Of a stretch of 59,164 nucleotides of DNA, positions 27,109 through 37,017 are shown piece after piece. Numbering within the stretch: position 1 is the stretch's first letter; each line of letters opens with the position of its first letter. The stretch is from a virus (Duplodnaviria > Caudoviricetes). Below the pieces are notes generated by a model, which had not been told where the DNA came from, did not search any database, and worked only from the letters and a program-made list of their open reading frames with translations. The DNA lies in IMG/VR virus record IMGVR_UViG_3300016665_000396, positions 1-59,164 of that record. One strand, given 5' to 3'. A program made the translations under genes and the position numbers.

Positions 27109-27712
27109 AATTATTACAAGTGAAGATTCGGATTTTGAGTTAGACCCAGAAAGTTTAACTGATTCAACCGATATTTCTGAAAATATTAAAACAAATAGAT
27201 TGGAAGCAATCAGAGATTTAGAAGCTTTACTTGAAAATTCCGAATCCGCAAGTAATGTCAGTAACATTACACAACAAACAAAAGAAGAAGCTAAGATTGA
27301 GTGTGTTATAAAGTTTGAAAGTCGTTTAACAAAAAATATGTTTGTAACAAATGTATATTTGTCAGGCTTAAATCAAACAGTAATTGAACGCAATATAACA
27401 GAAATAGAATTAAATGGCGAAGATCAAAAGCTAATTCGTCTGTTTTCTTTTTATCAAAATAACATATACAAACAAAAGCGCACAAGATTTGGCGCTACAA
27501 GAATTTTTCTACAAAAGAAAGTTATTAGAAGAAGAAAAAGAAACGTCCTTAGCAAAAATGATGTTTTAATAACAAAGTTTTATGTAAAGGTCAATGGTAA
27601 AAGGTTAAATCTAATTGATTTGGACGTGTATGATTGGAAAGTAAATGAAATGAAATATGCTTTTGACAACAATCGTTCCACAATTAAGATTCTTTTAGTA
27701 AGAAGCAAATAA
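27101..27712 (+). CDS. Hypothetical protein
   Basis: ORF in operon. Confidence 0.65.
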   Translation: MTKIITSEDSDFELDPESLTDSTDISENIKTNRLEAIRDLEALLENSESASNVSNITQQTKEEAKIECVIKFESRLTKNMFVTNVYLSGLNQTVIERNITEIELNGEDQKLIRLFSFYQNNIYKQKRTRFGATRIFLQKKVIRRRKRNVLSKNDVLITKFYVKVNGKRLNLIDLDVYDWKVNEMKYAFDNNRSTIKILLVRSK

Positions 27713-27733
27713 TTAGGTTTTGAGGAAATTCAT

Positions 27734-28219
27734 ATGACATTATCAATTCGTAAAGCTTTTCAAGAAGAACGCCGTAAAAAATACCTTTCTGGATTAATCA
27801 ATGAAGCAATTGTTCAAATCCTTTCTGAACAAGAAGCTGCCGCTGCTCCTATGGGAATGCCTGCTCCTGCTGCTCCACCAGCCGATGTTTCTGCGCCACC
27901 AGCACCAGAAGCACCAGAACCAGCACAACCAAAAGAATTTACTGTTGATGATATGATTGAACGCCTTAACGTTATTCGTGGCGGTCGTTCCTTCACAGAT
28001 CCAGAAGTATATGGACAATTAGTTACATTCTTTAAGACACTATCCGATGAACAAAAAGCTTCAATGGAGAAGTTTTTAATGGATCTTGGTAAGATTGTTA
28101 TCAACGTCAATGAACAAGAAGCTCCTCCTTCACCAGAAGCTTCTGCTGCTCCACCAGCTACACCAGCCGCTCAACCACAAGTTCCTCCGGCTCCTACAGC
28201 GCCAGCACCAGCAGCTTGA
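27734..28219 (+). CDS. Pro/Ala-rich hypothetical protein
   Basis: TAATTA motif and SD GAGG; LINE and ILSEQ motifs. Confidence 0.7.
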   Translation: MTLSIRKAFQEERRKKYLSGLINEAIVQILSEQEAAAAPMGMPAPAAPPADVSAPPAPEAPEPAQPKEFTVDDMIERLNVIRGGRSFTDPEVYGQLVTFFKTLSDEQKASMEKFLMDLGKIVINVNEQEAPPSPEASAAPPATPAAQPQVPPAPTAPAPAA

Positions 28220-28227
28220 TTAATCTC

Positions 28228-28262
28228 TTGAAATAATCAAAATCATAGAGTATACTAATATC
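28228..28262 (+). promoter_or_regulatory. Leaderless sigma70-type promoter
   Basis: TTGAAA-17-TATACT-6 nt-ATG. Confidence 0.75.
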
Positions 28263-28571
28263 ATGGCTGAACAAACTGAATTGCCGAAGTTTTACTGGCG
28301 GGAACAACGTCAGGTTAACGTCCATGATATTCCCGGTATCCGTTATCTCCCTTGTATGCCGGTAGTCGGTTCCTCTCACGGTGTAACAAGAATTGAAAAT
28401 GGCACCTTTATTCAGTATCTTCGTGATGTTGAGGGTGGTCCCCGTGGTGAAGATAAAGCATGGGTCTTTGCCCTGGCAGAAAAGCCGGAAATTGAGTTTG
28501 TAGTCCCGGCAGCTTGTGCCCCTTATCTCTGGAAAGCAAAGCATAAGGTTAGTCCGCTCCGAAAGCGTTGA
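28263..28571 (+). CDS. Hypothetical early protein
   Basis: Own promoter and terminator. Confidence 0.7.
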   Translation: MAEQTELPKFYWREQRQVNVHDIPGIRYLPCMPVVGSSHGVTRIENGTFIQYLRDVEGGPRGEDKAWVFALAEKPEIEFVVPAACAPYLWKAKHKVSPLRKR

Positions 28572-28642
28572 AAATACCCCGGCAAATCCGGGGTTTTTTA
28601 TTACTTGAATTTTTCCCATTAATCTGTTATTCTATTAACATA

Positions 28643-29722
28643 ATGACGAATCGCAATCACCTCCACACCGATAATACCCGCCGTTATTGCAGCCGTTGTG
28701 GCGATGCTCTCACCGATCCCGCTTCCCGTGAGTGCGGTGTCGGTCCCGTCTGCCGTAAGAAGGATACCCACCTCTACGCTAAGACCATTGTTGCTAATTT
28801 TGGGCTTGCGACCGTCCGTGCTATGAGTGTCCGTGAGGAAATGCTCGCTCCGGAGGTTGTTAGCGTTTGGAAGGCGGCGGTTAAGCGTCTCCTTAAGTCT
28901 GCGGAAAAGGTTGCTAACGTTACCGACGATATGACGATTATGCAGCGCACCGGGGCGGATCTCCGTGAGGTTGTCCGTGCCTGTGATCTCGTCTGCTCCT
29001 ACGAGAATCCTACCCCCATCGTTCGCTCCACCGTTGTTGACGTTGTGCGTGCCTGTGGCTATGTCGGTCTTGCGGCGGTCCTCTCCGGTGAAGCTTCTAC
29101 CTCGCCCAGCCGTGTTTGGTTTGAGAATGGTCGGGTCTATATGAGCGGGCTTGGCAACAAGTCTGGTTGGGCTGCGATGCGCCAGATCCCCGGTGTGCTT
29201 ACTCCGAAGTATCGTGGGGATCGTGCTCCCTACTCTGTCCCGGCTGTCCAGGCTGCAAGCTTCCTTGAGAACGTTCGGCGCTACTGGCCGATGTATGAGG
29301 GCGATATCGCTGCGATTGCTACCGAGGCTGCTACCTGGGTTCAGAATAATCAGGCTGTTGCCCAGGCTGCTGCGGCTTCTACCGCTCCGGTTCATGTGTT
29401 CGGGATTACCACCCGCTCGCAGGATTTCGTTGTCACCTTCCCGTGGGTTCGTAATGCGAACATGAATGGTTTCATGGCGCAGCTTAAGACCATCCCCGCT
29501 AATCAGCGCAACTATAATCCTGTCACGAAGTCGTGGTCGTTCACCATCGCCAACCTTGATCGTGTGACCGAGATTGCCCGCACGTCGGGTATCTTCGGTG
29601 AGGTTCGGAAGGTTGATACTGGCGAAGCTACTCCGGAGGGCACCTACAATGCTCGTTCGGTTGGTCGTCGCTATCCTAACCTGGGTCGTGCTGCTTACTT
29701 CCGTGGTGGCTGGCGTCTCTGA
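28643..29722 (+). CDS. Zn-binding (DUF6011-like) early protein with HARP-like C-terminus
   Basis: CSRCGDALTDPASRECGVGPVC; RNYNPVTKSW; ATG at 28643 after TTGAAT-17-TATTCT. Confidence 0.7.
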   Translation: MTNRNHLHTDNTRRYCSRCGDALTDPASRECGVGPVCRKKDTHLYAKTIVANFGLATVRAMSVREEMLAPEVVSVWKAAVKRLLKSAEKVANVTDDMTIMQRTGADLREVVRACDLVCSYENPTPIVRSTVVDVVRACGYVGLAAVLSGEASTSPSRVWFENGRVYMSGLGNKSGWAAMRQIPGVLTPKYRGDRAPYSVPAVQAASFLENVRRYWPMYEGDIAAIATEAATWVQNNQAVAQAAAASTAPVHVFGITTRSQDFVVTFPWVRNANMNGFMAQLKTIPANQRNYNPVTKSWSFTIANLDRVTEIARTSGIFGEVRKVDTGEATPEGTYNARSVGRRYPNLGRAAYFRGGWRL

Positions 29723-29776
29723 TATCAGCTAAAATCTAAACAAACTTAACCCTGGCTCTGCCGGGGTTTTTTGTTT

Positions 29777-30673
29777 TTAAAAATCTAAACCACCGTCGTC
29801 AAAATCGCCCTTTTGTATTAACTTCATAATCGTTTCATCGTATCCAAGCTTTATACCGGCTTGGATTTTTTCTTTATCAAAGTCCATGCTATTTTGATTT
29901 GGGGATACGCTTGGAATGAATACGTTGATCTTTACGTTTTCCAGCGTCTTGGCGGCTCTTAAAACCGTGTAGCAGTCCATAAGGTAAACTTGGTCGCTCA
30001 TTATTTCAGAAGCCCGTAAAGCGACTCTGGGGGCGCTTGTAAGGTTAGTAGCTGGCAGAACACGATCTCTGATAGCAATAGGGGAAGTAAGAACAACGTC
30101 TATTTCATCTGGACGTTCTTTAAGTGCTTCATAGATTGGAATCTGGTGTCGGATACCACCATCTACCCATTTCTCTCCATATAGATCAATAGGTTCAAAG
30201 ACTAATGGCAAGTGGCTGGATGCAAGAATAAACTCTTTAATAGCTGGATTTTCTCCGTCTATTACGGTGTATTCAGAGTTATTGAGGTTTACGCAACCTA
30301 CAGTAAGTTTAACGCCGCTTGAAACTATCTTGCTAGCATCAAGAAATTTGTCTACAATATTCTTTAGAGGTTGTCCGCTGTGTAGAGAACCCTTCCACAT
30401 TGAATAGAGATAGTTTATAGGCTTAACAGGATTCCAACGTGTGTAGATATCATCCGAGGTGTTTATGTTGTTCCAGATATCTAATAGCCCGTTTATAGAA
30501 TGAGGTTGTTCCATTGGGGAGTGCATAGCAATCCAAGAAGCGTTAAGAGCACCTACAGATATACCATGAACAGTATTCCAAGTTCTTCCCGCTTCTAATA
30601 ACGCTTGTATTGCACCAACTTGATAAGCACCTCTTGAGCCACCACCACTTAATACAAGCGCCCTTTTAACCAT
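29777..30673 (-). CDS. Patatin-like phospholipase
   Basis: LSGGGSRG, GISVG (GxSxG), DGG. Confidence 0.92.
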   Translation of the reverse strand: MVKRALVLSGGGSRGAYQVGAIQALLEAGRTWNTVHGISVGALNASWIAMHSPMEQPHSINGLLDIWNNINTSDDIYTRWNPVKPINYLYSMWKGSLHSGQPLKNIVDKFLDASKIVSSGVKLTVGCVNLNNSEYTVIDGENPAIKEFILASSHLPLVFEPIDLYGEKWVDGGIRHQIPIYEALKERPDEIDVVLTSPIAIRDRVLPATNLTSAPRVALRASEIMSDQVYLMDCYTVLRAAKTLENVKINVFIPSVSPNQNSMDFDKEKIQAGIKLGYDETIMKLIQKGDFDDGGLDF

Positions 30674-30681
30674 ACGTCACC

Positions 30682-31164
30682 TCAACCTTTTAATAATGAT
30701 TTACCACCATATGATACATTATTTCCACCATTTACGATAGCAGAACGTTCAACTAATAAATCTCCTGCAAACGGAGCACGAACACGAACCAAATCTTTCA
30801 TTCTCTGTGGCTGCTCGTTGATTTTAGATAAATCTATTGATGGTAGGTCGTCTACGCAGTAGGCTCGCATTTCTCCCATTATAGCAAATTCTTTATTGGC
30901 TACTCCGGTTAATGGACCCATGCTACGAATGAGTGTAGTAGTGGTTCCCCATCCATCTGGGTTCTGAATTTGACGATAATAGTTTGCGCCTTCACGAAGA
31001 TATACGGAACTTTGGGAAGTTGGTTGTTGCATCATAGCTCTTTGCATGAGCATACCAGCCACGTCTACTTCTGGCATATGAGGACGTGTTGGTTGTGGGC
31101 GTTGAGGTTGTTGTTGAAGTTGTGCTGCTCTATTTGCCCAATACTTTGCTTCCCAATCATCCAT
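30682..31164 (-). CDS. Hypothetical protein
   Basis: Gln/Pro-rich N-terminus; in operon. Confidence 0.7.
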   Translation of the reverse strand: MDDWEAKYWANRAAQLQQQPQRPQPTRPHMPEVDVAGMLMQRAMMQQPTSQSSVYLREGANYYRQIQNPDGWGTTTTLIRSMGPLTGVANKEFAIMGEMRAYCVDDLPSIDLSKINEQPQRMKDLVRVRAPFAGDLLVERSAIVNGGNNVSYGGKSLLKG

Positions 31165-31165
31165 A

Positions 31166-32467
31166 TCACTTACCTTCCTTAAGAACTATAGTGGCTACTG
31201 CTTCTAAAAGAATATTAAAATCCTCTTGTGATTTAATATTATAGCGTTCCATCAATTGTTTTGTTTCCTCTTCGTTTAATCCAAAGAAACCTTTAACTTT
31301 TTGGAATACTGTTTTTTCTTCTGGAGATATTTGTGGTGGTCCAAGATAACGTGGGTCCAATCCACGAATTTGGGACGCTGCAATTGCTGTTGGATAATCC
31401 GGATCTATCATTCCTCCCAAGTCTGCAATTCTTTTTGAAATTTCTGGACTTGAAATGCCAGCCGCTTGCAACTTTTCAACATATCCTTTAATCGCATCTT
31501 GAACTTCTTTAGATTTCAAAACTTCAACTGTTTTTGTTACATCTACGCTTTGTTGTTTTGGAGAAGTTGCACCTTTAATACCAGCGGAGGGAGCTTGTTT
31601 ACGTCCTGATAGTGTGCGACGACCATCATATAATTCTAAAGCACTATATATCTGTCCGCCTTTATCACTTAAATTTGAAACGTTATCATTTATTATTTTT
31701 GTGAAATTTGGATAACCGGAAGCATCTGACAGTCTGTTTAAAGTATTATACAAACTTTTCAATTGATTTTCGGTTTTATTGGGAATTGCAATTGTATTAT
31801 AAGCATAATTGATAACAAAATTTCGCAAATCTTTCTTTTGTTGTTCAGTTAACTCTTCTTGACTTCTGTTTAAGAGAGCTATAGCATCATTAATGTTTTC
31901 AATATTTTGCTCTTTTGATTCAGTTGGTTCATTAACAGCAGCCGAAGCAGCACTAATAGCCACCGGTCTAGCAGGCTTTGTTTGTTCAGCTAGAACTTCT
32001 TTAACAAGTTGATTGATCATTTCTTTTAAATCTGCCAAAACTTTTTCACGGCTTTTCTCAAAAGCAACTGCCCCGCCCATAGGTTCTGGGTTTTCTGGTG
32101 CATTATTGCTTGGAAGACCTTTAGAATAAATCTTTTCAGATTTTGGCTTCCAGTTTTCCCAGCTTTCCTTCTTAACGTCAGTCTTAACAAAATCCGGACT
32201 ACCTGGCTCATTTGGAGCACGGCGCTTTCTTGTTACTGCACTTTTCTTTTCTTTTTTGCTCATATTCTTAGCCTTGTTTGCTGGAACACATTTTGGATAT
32301 TTTTTGGAGCTATCCTTTGCTCTTACGCCTTTATCAGCAGATGCACCACATGGAGGATGCCCACCACCCTTCTTCTTGCGGCTGATATCTTTCCAATCTT
32401 GATCAAACCATTTACCAAGACCTGAATTTTTATATACTTCATTAACGTTATTATTTTCTTTTGCCAT
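31166..32467 (-). CDS. Hypothetical protein with basic KWF..W.D..CG..YPKC domain
   Basis: GLGKWFDQDWKDI...PCG...KYPKCVP. Confidence 0.7.
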   Translation of the reverse strand: MAKENNNVNEVYKNSGLGKWFDQDWKDISRKKKGGGHPPCGASADKGVRAKDSSKKYPKCVPANKAKNMSKKEKKSAVTRKRRAPNEPGSPDFVKTDVKKESWENWKPKSEKIYSKGLPSNNAPENPEPMGGAVAFEKSREKVLADLKEMINQLVKEVLAEQTKPARPVAISAASAAVNEPTESKEQNIENINDAIALLNRSQEELTEQQKKDLRNFVINYAYNTIAIPNKTENQLKSLYNTLNRLSDASGYPNFTKIINDNVSNLSDKGGQIYSALELYDGRRTLSGRKQAPSAGIKGATSPKQQSVDVTKTVEVLKSKEVQDAIKGYVEKLQAAGISSPEISKRIADLGGMIDPDYPTAIAASQIRGLDPRYLGPPQISPEEKTVFQKVKGFFGLNEEETKQLMERYNIKSQEDFNILLEAVATIVLKEGK

Positions 32468-32469
32468 TG

Positions 32470-33150
32470 TTAATCCATGTACTTAAATGTGTGTTTTTTA
32501 TAGGTTTTTCTATGTCCAAGTAAATGACGAACTATCACGTTTATTTTTGTATTATAATACACCGCAACGTCTTCAACAGAATTAAATATTAATCCATCAT
32601 CTCGTATGATTTTACGATTTCTGTAATCCGGATTGCAATTTGATTTAGTAAATTTTCGATACCATTCACGATTGCAACGTAACTTTTTTATTTGATCATC
32701 ACTTCGACGTTTTCTATTTTCTTCTGTCCTAACACTTTGGATATGTCTATTTCTTATTTCCGGTTTCCACATCGCTTCTTTTGTTTTGGCGGCGATAATA
32801 TGTTTTTCTTGTTCGCTTCTTTTTCCATATCTTTTTGGACCACAATCTCCGCCTTCAGTTAGGTTTGTCAATTGTATTCCATTTTCTTTGCATTTTTTAA
32901 TTTCTTGCATTTCAAGTTCGTATGCAACATTTTCTTCAAGATTTTCATGTAAAAATAAAACAACCGGCTCTTTACCGTTTTTACGTATTAATTCAATTTT
33001 ATATTTTTTATGTAAATTGTTGCCCCAACCGGAGGGTTTTAAATGATCATATGCTCTATTTCCAGAACCTTTTCCAATGTAAAATATTGAATTGTCAATC
33101 GGATTTAATAATGCATACACGTAAAACCATTTGCGAAGGTCTTCGTTCAT
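32470..33150 (-). mobile_element. Free-standing GIY-YIG (LEM-3-like) homing endonuclease gene
   Basis: FYVYAL...FYIGKG...R...E...LTN; NUMOD-like C-terminus (IFNSVEDVA). Confidence 0.85.
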
Positions 33151-34610
33151 TTTTTCTTTCCCTTCTTACGCCAGCCGCCACCCTTACTCTTATACCACTT
33201 AGCTGCCCATGCATTAGCGTATGCACTTGGATATACATCAAACTTTTTCTTGGCTTGTGCTTTGGCACGACTCCACAAACTTGGATTCGTTGGAGCATTT
33301 TCTCCTTCATCAATACCTTCTTCTAACAAAGCTTCGTCTACACGTTCTGGAAGTTTTTCACCTTTTGGAGTTTCACGCTCAAACTCTGATGCTAAACGCT
33401 TCCACTTTTCTCCTTCTTTGCCGCCTTCGGCAGCTTTGGCATAGAAGAAACGACGTTGTGCTTGTGATGCAAATTTTTCATCTACTTCTTCATCACAAGC
33501 TTCTTCGTTCAAAAGATATTCTAATAGTGCCTCAAGTTGTTTCATATGTGCCTCTCTTATACTAGCATTAACTCCAACACGATCATCGTCGGTAGGAGAT
33601 TGTCTTAATCTTCTTGCGCCCAATAAATCTTCGCCAAAATCTTCATCTTGTCCGTGCATTTCTTCATAATCGGCAGGAACAAACTGTTTTGGCCAACCGA
33701 TAGCACCAAATCCACCCATTGGACTTCTTTGTGGAGGTTCATATATTACTGGAGGATTTTGTTCCGGATTTTCTCCAAACTGTGGGCGCCACGTTTCTGT
33801 TGGAGGCTGATCCGGATTAAGATTATTCCTCCAAGCTGCTAATGAATTGGTTCTGGTATTATTCCAGCCTAATCTATCTGGTGTTGTAGCTTTAGGAGCA
33901 CCAAGAATTTCATTAATATATTCGCCAACAAATTCTTTAATTAAATCATAAAGAATTATTTCGGCTGCGTCCTGCTCATGCTCTGTTTCATCTATATCAG
34001 AATCAGGTCCAATCAATTTATTAAGTTCTTGATCCGGATCTGTTGCTTTTAAAGATTTAATGCGTTTACCAATAGGTTCTTCATCTTCAGATAGTTGCAA
34101 AGCTAATGCAGCAGAATTTCCTGTCATATCATCCATAGGAACACCATCAAGGGTTGGTCCTAAATATTCTACTTTACGTCCATCTATAGGATTCTCATAA
34201 TCAGCACCGGCATTCAATGGTGTAAATTGTTTTGGTTCAACCAAAGTGTTAGGAGCAGGGAAGCCTGGCAAGTCTCTCATACGAGAGACAGAATTATCAT
34301 ATGGAGCACTTTCAGCAACAGTTTCTACTGTGCCATTTCTACCATTCCAATGTGGAACAGGATCTTCATCAGAATTAAATCCAAAACCTCTACGATATTT
34401 ATTGTTAATCCACTCTTGGTCTTCTATATTTTGTTCAAGCTCTTCTTGTTCTTGGTCAAACAAATCTTGGGTTGCTGGATTAAGTCCAAAGTGAGCAAGT
34501 TGTTTATATCCGCCCATGCCATAGTTGCCAGTTCCACCAAATGATGGATTGCCATAAAAATTAGGACCGGTATACTCTAATAGTTTTTGTAGGTTAGTTT
34601 TTTTGGTCAT
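33147..34610 (-). CDS. Acidic multi-segment protein with C-terminal YPSAYA domain
   Basis: KKKFDVYPSAYANAWAAKWYKSKGGGW; repeated L/IxE motifs. Confidence 0.7.
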   Translation of the reverse strand: MTKKTNLQKLLEYTGPNFYGNPSFGGTGNYGMGGYKQLAHFGLNPATQDLFDQEQEELEQNIEDQEWINNKYRRGFGFNSDEDPVPHWNGRNGTVETVAESAPYDNSVSRMRDLPGFPAPNTLVEPKQFTPLNAGADYENPIDGRKVEYLGPTLDGVPMDDMTGNSAALALQLSEDEEPIGKRIKSLKATDPDQELNKLIGPDSDIDETEHEQDAAEIILYDLIKEFVGEYINEILGAPKATTPDRLGWNNTRTNSLAAWRNNLNPDQPPTETWRPQFGENPEQNPPVIYEPPQRSPMGGFGAIGWPKQFVPADYEEMHGQDEDFGEDLLGARRLRQSPTDDDRVGVNASIREAHMKQLEALLEYLLNEEACDEEVDEKFASQAQRRFFYAKAAEGGKEGEKWKRLASEFERETPKGEKLPERVDEALLEEGIDEGENAPTNPSLWSRAKAQAKKKFDVYPSAYANAWAAKWYKSKGGGWRKKGKKK

Positions 34611-34705
34611 GGGATATTCTTTAATTATCTCTCTCTTAATTGGTAGCGTTCCACAAAAAAAGAAAAAGCATTTATATTCTTAATAGGACCATATATGATG
34701 GATAT

Positions 34706-35290
34706 ATGGCAACGATAGATAATCCTAAATATTTCCTATTTGATACGGAAACAGGTGGCGTCCGAAAAGAAATGAGTCTTCTTACTCTTTACGGACATAT
34801 TCTTGATGAAAATCTTAATATATTGGATACGATTGATTTAAAGATAAAGCCTGATGATGGTGTATATCATTTGCACGCTCAAGGTCTTGAGATTAATAGA
34901 ATTAACATTATAGAACATGACCGAATAGCTAAACCTCTATCAGAAGTTAAGACCCGGTTTAAAAACTATATTTGTGGATGGAGTCTTAATCAAAAACTTA
35001 CTCCGATTGGTCATAACGTCCGATTTGATGTAAAGTTTCTTAAAACCCATCTTTTGGAAGATTGGGATCGTTATTTTGATCGCCGTCATATTGATACCGC
35101 ATCAATTGGTAAGTTTCTTGCTCTTACTGGAATAGTTCCAAAGCTTAATACTTACAGTCTCTCTGAAATGGCTTCTGCTATGATGATTGATGTAGATGAA
35201 AGCAAAAGACACGAAGCCAGCTATGATGCCGATTTAACCCTTAAAGTATTGCAAAACATGACCCATTTAGTAAAAGGAACAAAGAAATGA
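34706..35290 (+). CDS. DEDDh 3'-5' exonuclease (DnaQ-like)
   Basis: DTETGG, GHNVRFD, HEASYD; promoter TTTATA-17-TATGAT-6 nt-ATG. Confidence 0.9.
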   Translation: MATIDNPKYFLFDTETGGVRKEMSLLTLYGHILDENLNILDTIDLKIKPDDGVYHLHAQGLEINRINIIEHDRIAKPLSEVKTRFKNYICGWSLNQKLTPIGHNVRFDVKFLKTHLLEDWDRYFDRRHIDTASIGKFLALTGIVPKLNTYSLSEMASAMMIDVDESKRHEASYDADLTLKVLQNMTHLVKGTKK

Positions 35291-35937
35291 GATATACAGT
35301 AAACGTTGATGAAAGAGTAAGAGTTAAGGATATTGAGTCGGCATGTTATATGCCGATTTATATCAAGTTCTCCGGTCCCTTCACAGAGCAAACAGCAAAT
35401 AAGTTCTGTGAAGAGTTGGAAGCAGCAGAAGATCATTGTATTAAGGCGAAGCAAGAAATTCTTCCAATCATCATTGATAGCTACGGTGGCGAGGTATATT
35501 CTCTCCTTGCTATGGTTGATATGATTAATGCCTGTAAGATCAAGGTTGCAACCATCGTAGAAGGCAAAGCTATGTCATGTGGTGCTGTTCTTCTTACTTG
35601 TGGTGCAGAGGGCTATCGATTCTGTGCTCCATCGGCTACCGTTATGATTCATGAAGTATCCAGCATGAATTGGGGCAAGAACGAAGAAGTAAAGGCTAAT
35701 GCCGTAGAAACAGATCGTTTGAATGAACGTATCTTCAAGATGATGGCAAAGAACTGTGGTCACAAGGAGGATTATTTCCTTGAATTGGTTCACCAGAAAA
35801 AGCACGCTGATTGGTTCCTTGATGCAGATGAAGCCATGAAGCACAATGTAGTAAATCATGTTGGAATTCCAAGCTTCCACGTTGACTTTAAGATCGATAC
35901 CGAATTCCGTTTGCCTAACGGTAAGCCAGTTCGCTGA
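35287..35937 (+). CDS. clpP: ClpP-family protease
   Basis: IDSYGG, AMSCG, MIHE, DWFLDADEA. Confidence 0.9.
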   Translation: MRYTVNVDERVRVKDIESACYMPIYIKFSGPFTEQTANKFCEELEAAEDHCIKAKQEILPIIIDSYGGEVYSLLAMVDMINACKIKVATIVEGKAMSCGAVLLTCGAEGYRFCAPSATVMIHEVSSMNWGKNEEVKANAVETDRLNERIFKMMAKNCGHKEDYFLELVHQKKHADWFLDADEAMKHNVVNHVGIPSFHVDFKIDTEFRLPNGKPVR

Positions 35938-35959
35938 TTTTTAAAACATAGAAAAAAAT

Positions 35960-35988
35960 AAAGGGAAGGTCGAAAGACCTTCCCTTTT
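35960..35988. terminator. Bidirectional terminator
   Basis: AAAGGGAAGGTC-GAAA-GACCTTCCCTTT between convergent genes. Confidence 0.85.
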
Positions 35989-36011
35989 GTGTTTATACCA
36001 CAGGTATATTA

Positions 36012-36419
36012 TCAGACAATGCTTCCGGAAGTAATAAACCAACCGCAGCCGGTGCCATATACTGGTCCAGCCAAGCCGCTTACTCCGATAGCTTGAACAA
36101 CTTGTCCTCTATTTGCTGCCAATTGAGCAGTCCATGCTCCAGCATTGATTGCGTCAGATGCTGAAAGAGTGAATGTGTTTGAGGATGCAACTACTAAACT
36201 GACAATAATGCCATCAGCTACAGTTCCATCAACTGATTGTGTTGCGCTAATGTCCGGTAATACTGCTGTTACGCCTGAACCTGACAAAACGATTACGCTA
36301 ACTGATGCTGTGTTAGAACCAGCAGAGAAAACTTCTTGTTCAGAACCGAAAAAACCGGTTGTTCCATCAACTAGTGTGCTGACAAAACCATCTTTTGTTA
36401 CTTTATTTCTGATACCCAT
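36012..36419 (-). CDS. Putative virion structural protein
   Basis: Small-residue rich; TATTTATA motif and SD upstream. Confidence 0.6.
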   Translation of the reverse strand: MGIRNKVTKDGFVSTLVDGTTGFFGSEQEVFSAGSNTASVSVIVLSGSGVTAVLPDISATQSVDGTVADGIIVSLVVASSNTFTLSASDAINAGAWTAQLAANRGQVVQAIGVSGLAGPVYGTGCGWFITSGSIV

Positions 36420-36522
36420 ATTAAATCACCTTCTTCCTGTGGTAGCTATAAATATGATGCTAAAAAATATTATTCTAATTTAGCAAACCCATACATCATT
36501 AAATAGTTATTATTATTCATAA

Positions 36523-37017
36523 ATGACCACATCATCTTGGAAAGATCCATTGCCTGTTTATATGTGGAGCTTGCCGATCGGCAAATACCATCCAGCAGGT
36601 TTTGGATATTCAAAAAATCATAACGTTCATACTGGAGTAGACTTATACGTTCCAGATAATATTCCTGTTATGTCTGTAGAAACCGGAACAGTTGTTGATA
36701 TATTCAGATTTACCGGACCAGGAACTCCATATCCAAATCTATTACCAACAGAAGCAATCATGATTGAAGGTGCTACCGGTGTAGTTCTTTACGGAGAAGT
36801 AGAAGTTAAAAGAGATATACAAATTGGACAAATAATTGAGGCTGGAAGTAAAATAGCAAATATTAAATGTGCCATTTTAGATCAACCAATGTTGCATCTT
36901 GAATTGTATAAACATGGAACAAAAACTCCGTGTGTTTGGAAACAAGGAAACTCACAACCTAAATCCCTCCTTGATCCTACTTCCTATTTACTTTCCCTAA
37001 AGACCTTTAAAAAATGA
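36523..37017 (+). CDS. M23-family peptidase
   Basis: HTGVDL...LHLEL. Confidence 0.8.
   Translation: MTTSSWKDPLPVYMWSLPIGKYHPAGFGYSKNHNVHTGVDLYVPDNIPVMSVETGTVVDIFRFTGPGTPYPNLLPTEAIMIEGATGVVLYGEVEVKRDIQIGQIIEAGSKIANIKCAILDQPMLHLELYKHGTKTPCVWKQGNSQPKSLLDPTSYLLSLKTFKK

Noticed and set aside
29777-30673. CBASS (CapV) defence operon
   Set aside because: No CD-NTase or ancillary cap genes nearby
32470-33150. Group I intron around the GIY-YIG gene
   Set aside because: The ORF abuts both neighbours, leaving no room for a ribozyme core
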